Both the position numbers and the translations under genes were made by a program. This document shows, in pieces, positions 23,065 to 25,211 of a stretch of 25,211 bases of DNA (the stretch's first letter is position 1; every line of letters starts with the position of its first letter). Below the pieces are notes generated by a model. It saw only the letters and a program-made list of their open reading frames with translations, did not search any database and was not told the DNA's origin. Source of the stretch: Fibrobacterota bacterium (GTDB taxonomy: Bacteria > Fibrobacterota > Fibrobacteria > UBA11236); assembly GCA_043753995.1 (NCBI GenBank), contig JAYUVP010000100.1:1-25211 (forward strand), given 5' to 3'.

Positions 23065-25211
23065 TCAGGGCTCATAGGGGTGATGACAGGCGACCCGCGC
23101 ACCGTCGCTCAGGGTTTTCAAGGCGGGCAAGTCTCGCTCACATTCGCCAAAGCGCTGAGCCAAGTAAAGTGGGCAGCGATTGCGAAAAGGACATCCACCC
23201 ACCATTCTAACCGGCTCGGTATCGGGATATTCTTCCAAAATGCGATCTAAATCGGGACGACCCACGGCAGGCACGGAAGCCAATAAAAGGCGGGTATAGG
23301 GATGCCGAACTTTATTCACCAGAAAGGAAACCGCTGCGGCCTCTTCTACCAGAGTCCCCATATACATGACGCCAATGCGATCGGCGAGCAGGCGTACCAA
23401 TTCCAAATTATGCGAAATGAACAAATAGGTCAGACCAAGCCTTTGCTGAAAATCCTTGAGCAAGGCCAAAACCTGGGATTGAATAGCGAGGTCGAGGCTG
23501 GCCACGGGTTCGTCGCAGACTAAGAATTTCGGTTGGGTAATGATGGCGCGGGCAATGGTGACGCGTTGCTTTTCCCCGGAGCTAAGATTGCCTGGATAAC
23601 GATCCGCATGAATGGGATCGAGCTGCACTTGAGCCAAGGCCTCATTCACGCGCTGGCGCATTTCCTGTTTGGAAAGCTTGCCTTCGCGCTCCAAGCCTTC
23701 GGCCAAAATAGCGGCTATGGTCATGCCGCTATTGAGAACGCCCTCGGGATGTTGGAATAGCATGCGATATTCGCGCCGCAAATGTCTTAGTTCGGCACCA
23801 TGGACCTGACCTAGGTCACGCCCAAGATACCGTATCTCACCCGCGTCATAGGCTTGCAAACGCATTACCGAAAGGCCCAAGGTCGATTTTCCCGAACCAC
23901 TCTCCCCCACCAAGCCATAGGTCCGGCCAGCGTCGATGGACAAGGACACATCTTGCAAGGCGGTGAATCGGCCCTGTCCCAAGGCAAATTCTTTGCGCAA
24001 CGATTTGATTTCCAGCAACGGCGTACCCGATGCCGCTACTTTCAGCGACGGCGAAGGTCGTGCTTTCCGATAAACAATGGCTGAGGACGCCCCACGGATT
24101 TCGCCGGCAATGAATTCAGTAGAAGGCAAAACCTCGGCTCTTTTGCTCAGCTCTGGAAAATGGCAACGCACAAAGCGCACAGCTTCAATTTCCTGGCTGA
24201 AGTCTTGATGCAAGGGTTTGTTTTGTTCGCATCGGAGCTTGGCGTCAGCACCCAGGCTTACACGATAGACGAAACACATCGAACGATAACTGCAACCTAC
24301 CCCTTCTTCAGGCTGAGTCGGTGGCAAGGCCTGCCTATCCCCGAAATGGGTGAAGGACTCCAGAAGGGAAGCCGTATAGGGATGTCCAGGTGTGGCAAGC
24401 AAGGGAGCCGCAGATCCCGTTTCTACCACGGAACCACGATGCATGACATAGATGCGATCACAAACCTCTTGAATGACTCCGATGTCATGGGAAATAAGCA
24501 AGAGGCTTAAGCCACGCGAGTCCCGCAAACGACGGAATAGCCGCAGGAGCTTGGCCTGGGTAGTGACATCCAAGGAAGTCGAGGGTTCGTCGGCGATAAG
24601 TAATTTCGGCCTAGCGGCCAGGGCCATGGCCACCATGACGCGCTGCGCCATGCCACCACTGATGGCATGAGGATGTAAACCCATGAGGCTATCGGCATCC
24701 ACCAATCCGACATCTTTCAACAAAGCCATGGCAGCTTCCCGTAAATCTCCGGGATTGCGATCGCGATTTCGGCGCAAGGCTTCCAACAAATGTTCACCAA
24801 TGGTGAAGAAAGGATCTAGGCTGGCCTTGGGCTCCTGAAAAATCATGGCGATGTCACGACCTAATAGGGGCCGCAACAAATTTTGCTGTGCCTTCAGGAA
24901 GGGCAGATAACGCTTGGTGAATTCACCATTCTCCTTCAGGGTGGCGTATTTCTCACAGGGAGGTAATAAAGGCTTCTCCGACAGGGTCGCCGAGCCATTC
25001 CAAACTCCCGGGGCGCCGCGGATAAGGCCCATGAGTGCCATGGCAAGGGTGGTCTTTCCAGAACCCGATTGACCAATAAGTCCGACGATTTCCCCGGGCT
25101 GTACATCCATGGAAACCTGGCGCACGGCGTGCAAATAATTCGCGCCACGTCCAAAAGCAATGCCCAAATTGCGCACCCGCAATAAAGGTTCATCTGCTTC
25201 CAGGAGCTGCC
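23065..25211 (-). CDS. Fused dipeptide/oligopeptide ABC transporter ATPase (DppD/OppD + DppF/OppF), 5'-truncated
   Basis: Two ATPase domains: GQSGSGKT / ISGGMAQR / LIADEP / HPYT and GESGSGKS / LSSGEKQR / VCDEP / HPYT. The frame stays open to the window edge (..QLLEADEPLLRVRNL). Confidence 0.93.
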   Translation of the reverse strand, partial: QLLEADEPLLRVRNLGIAFGRGANYLHAVRQVSMDVQPGEIVGLIGQSGSGKTTLAMALMGLIRGAPGVWNGSATLSEKPLLPPCEKYATLKENGEFTKRYLPFLKAQQNLLRPLLGRDIAMIFQEPKASLDPFFTIGEHLLEALRRNRDRNPGDLREAAMALLKDVGLVDADSLMGLHPHAISGGMAQRVMVAMALAARPKLLIADEPSTSLDVTTQAKLLRLFRRLRDSRGLSLLLISHDIGVIQEVCDRIYVMHRGSVVETGSAAPLLATPGHPYTASLLESFTHFGDRQALPPTQPEEGVGCSYRSMCFVYRVSLGADAKLRCEQNKPLHQDFSQEIEAVRFVRCHFPELSKRAEVLPSTEFIAGEIRGASSAIVYRKARPSPSLKVAASGTPLLEIKSLRKEFALGQGRFTALQDVSLSIDAGRTYGLVGESGSGKSTLGLSVMRLQAYDAGEIRYLGRDLGQVHGAELRHLRREYRMLFQHPEGVLNSGMTIAAILAEGLEREGKLSKQEMRQRVNEALAQVQLDPIHADRYPGNLSSGEKQRVTIARAIITQPKFLVCDEPVASLDLAIQSQVLALLKDFQQRLGLTYLFISHNLELVRLLADRIGVMYMGTLVEEAAAVSFLVNKVRHPYTRLLLASVPAVGRPDLDRILEEYPDTEPVRMVGGCPFRNRCPLYLAQRFGECERDLPALKTLSDGARVACHHPYEP

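Noticed and set aside
1..25211. Prophage, IS element, defence island, CRISPR array or structural RNA genes
   Set aside because: No integrase, transposase, nuclease or cas motifs, no repeat-spacer periodicity, and intergenic gaps of at most about 170 bp with no tRNA or rRNA signatures.

Overview
A gene-dense bacterial chromosomal window (roughly 50-55% GC by eye) with about 26 CDS, mostly housekeeping. The style of the hisE-hisG pair and several hypotheticals suggests Fibrobacterota or another FCB-group lineage; this is an inference, not a search result. Recognisable genes are hisE-hisG, acs, a polyprenyl-diphosphate synthase, prmA, hemE, an SPFH/prohibitin, queA, an RluB-type pseudouridine synthase, Ppx/GppA, acpS and a fused DppD/DppF-type ABC ATPase. 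I found no rRNA, tRNA, CRISPR array or mobile element. Five parts stand out. (1) A ferredoxin plus archaeal-type geranylgeranyl reductase pair sits head-to-head with a B12/radical SAM TIGR03960-TIGR03936 fusion, which leads an operon containing rluB. (2) A receiver-DUF2225 fusion is translationally coupled to a GT4 glycosyltransferase and divergent from a stand-alone FHA gene. (3) An outer-membrane beta-barrel is fused to a coiled coil and HEAT repeats. (4) An uncharacterised zinc-ribbon gene forms a self-contained transcription unit with a hairpin 5' UTR. (5) An 11-bp palindrome recurs upstream of both acs and acpS. All functional links are hypotheses drawn from motifs and gene order.
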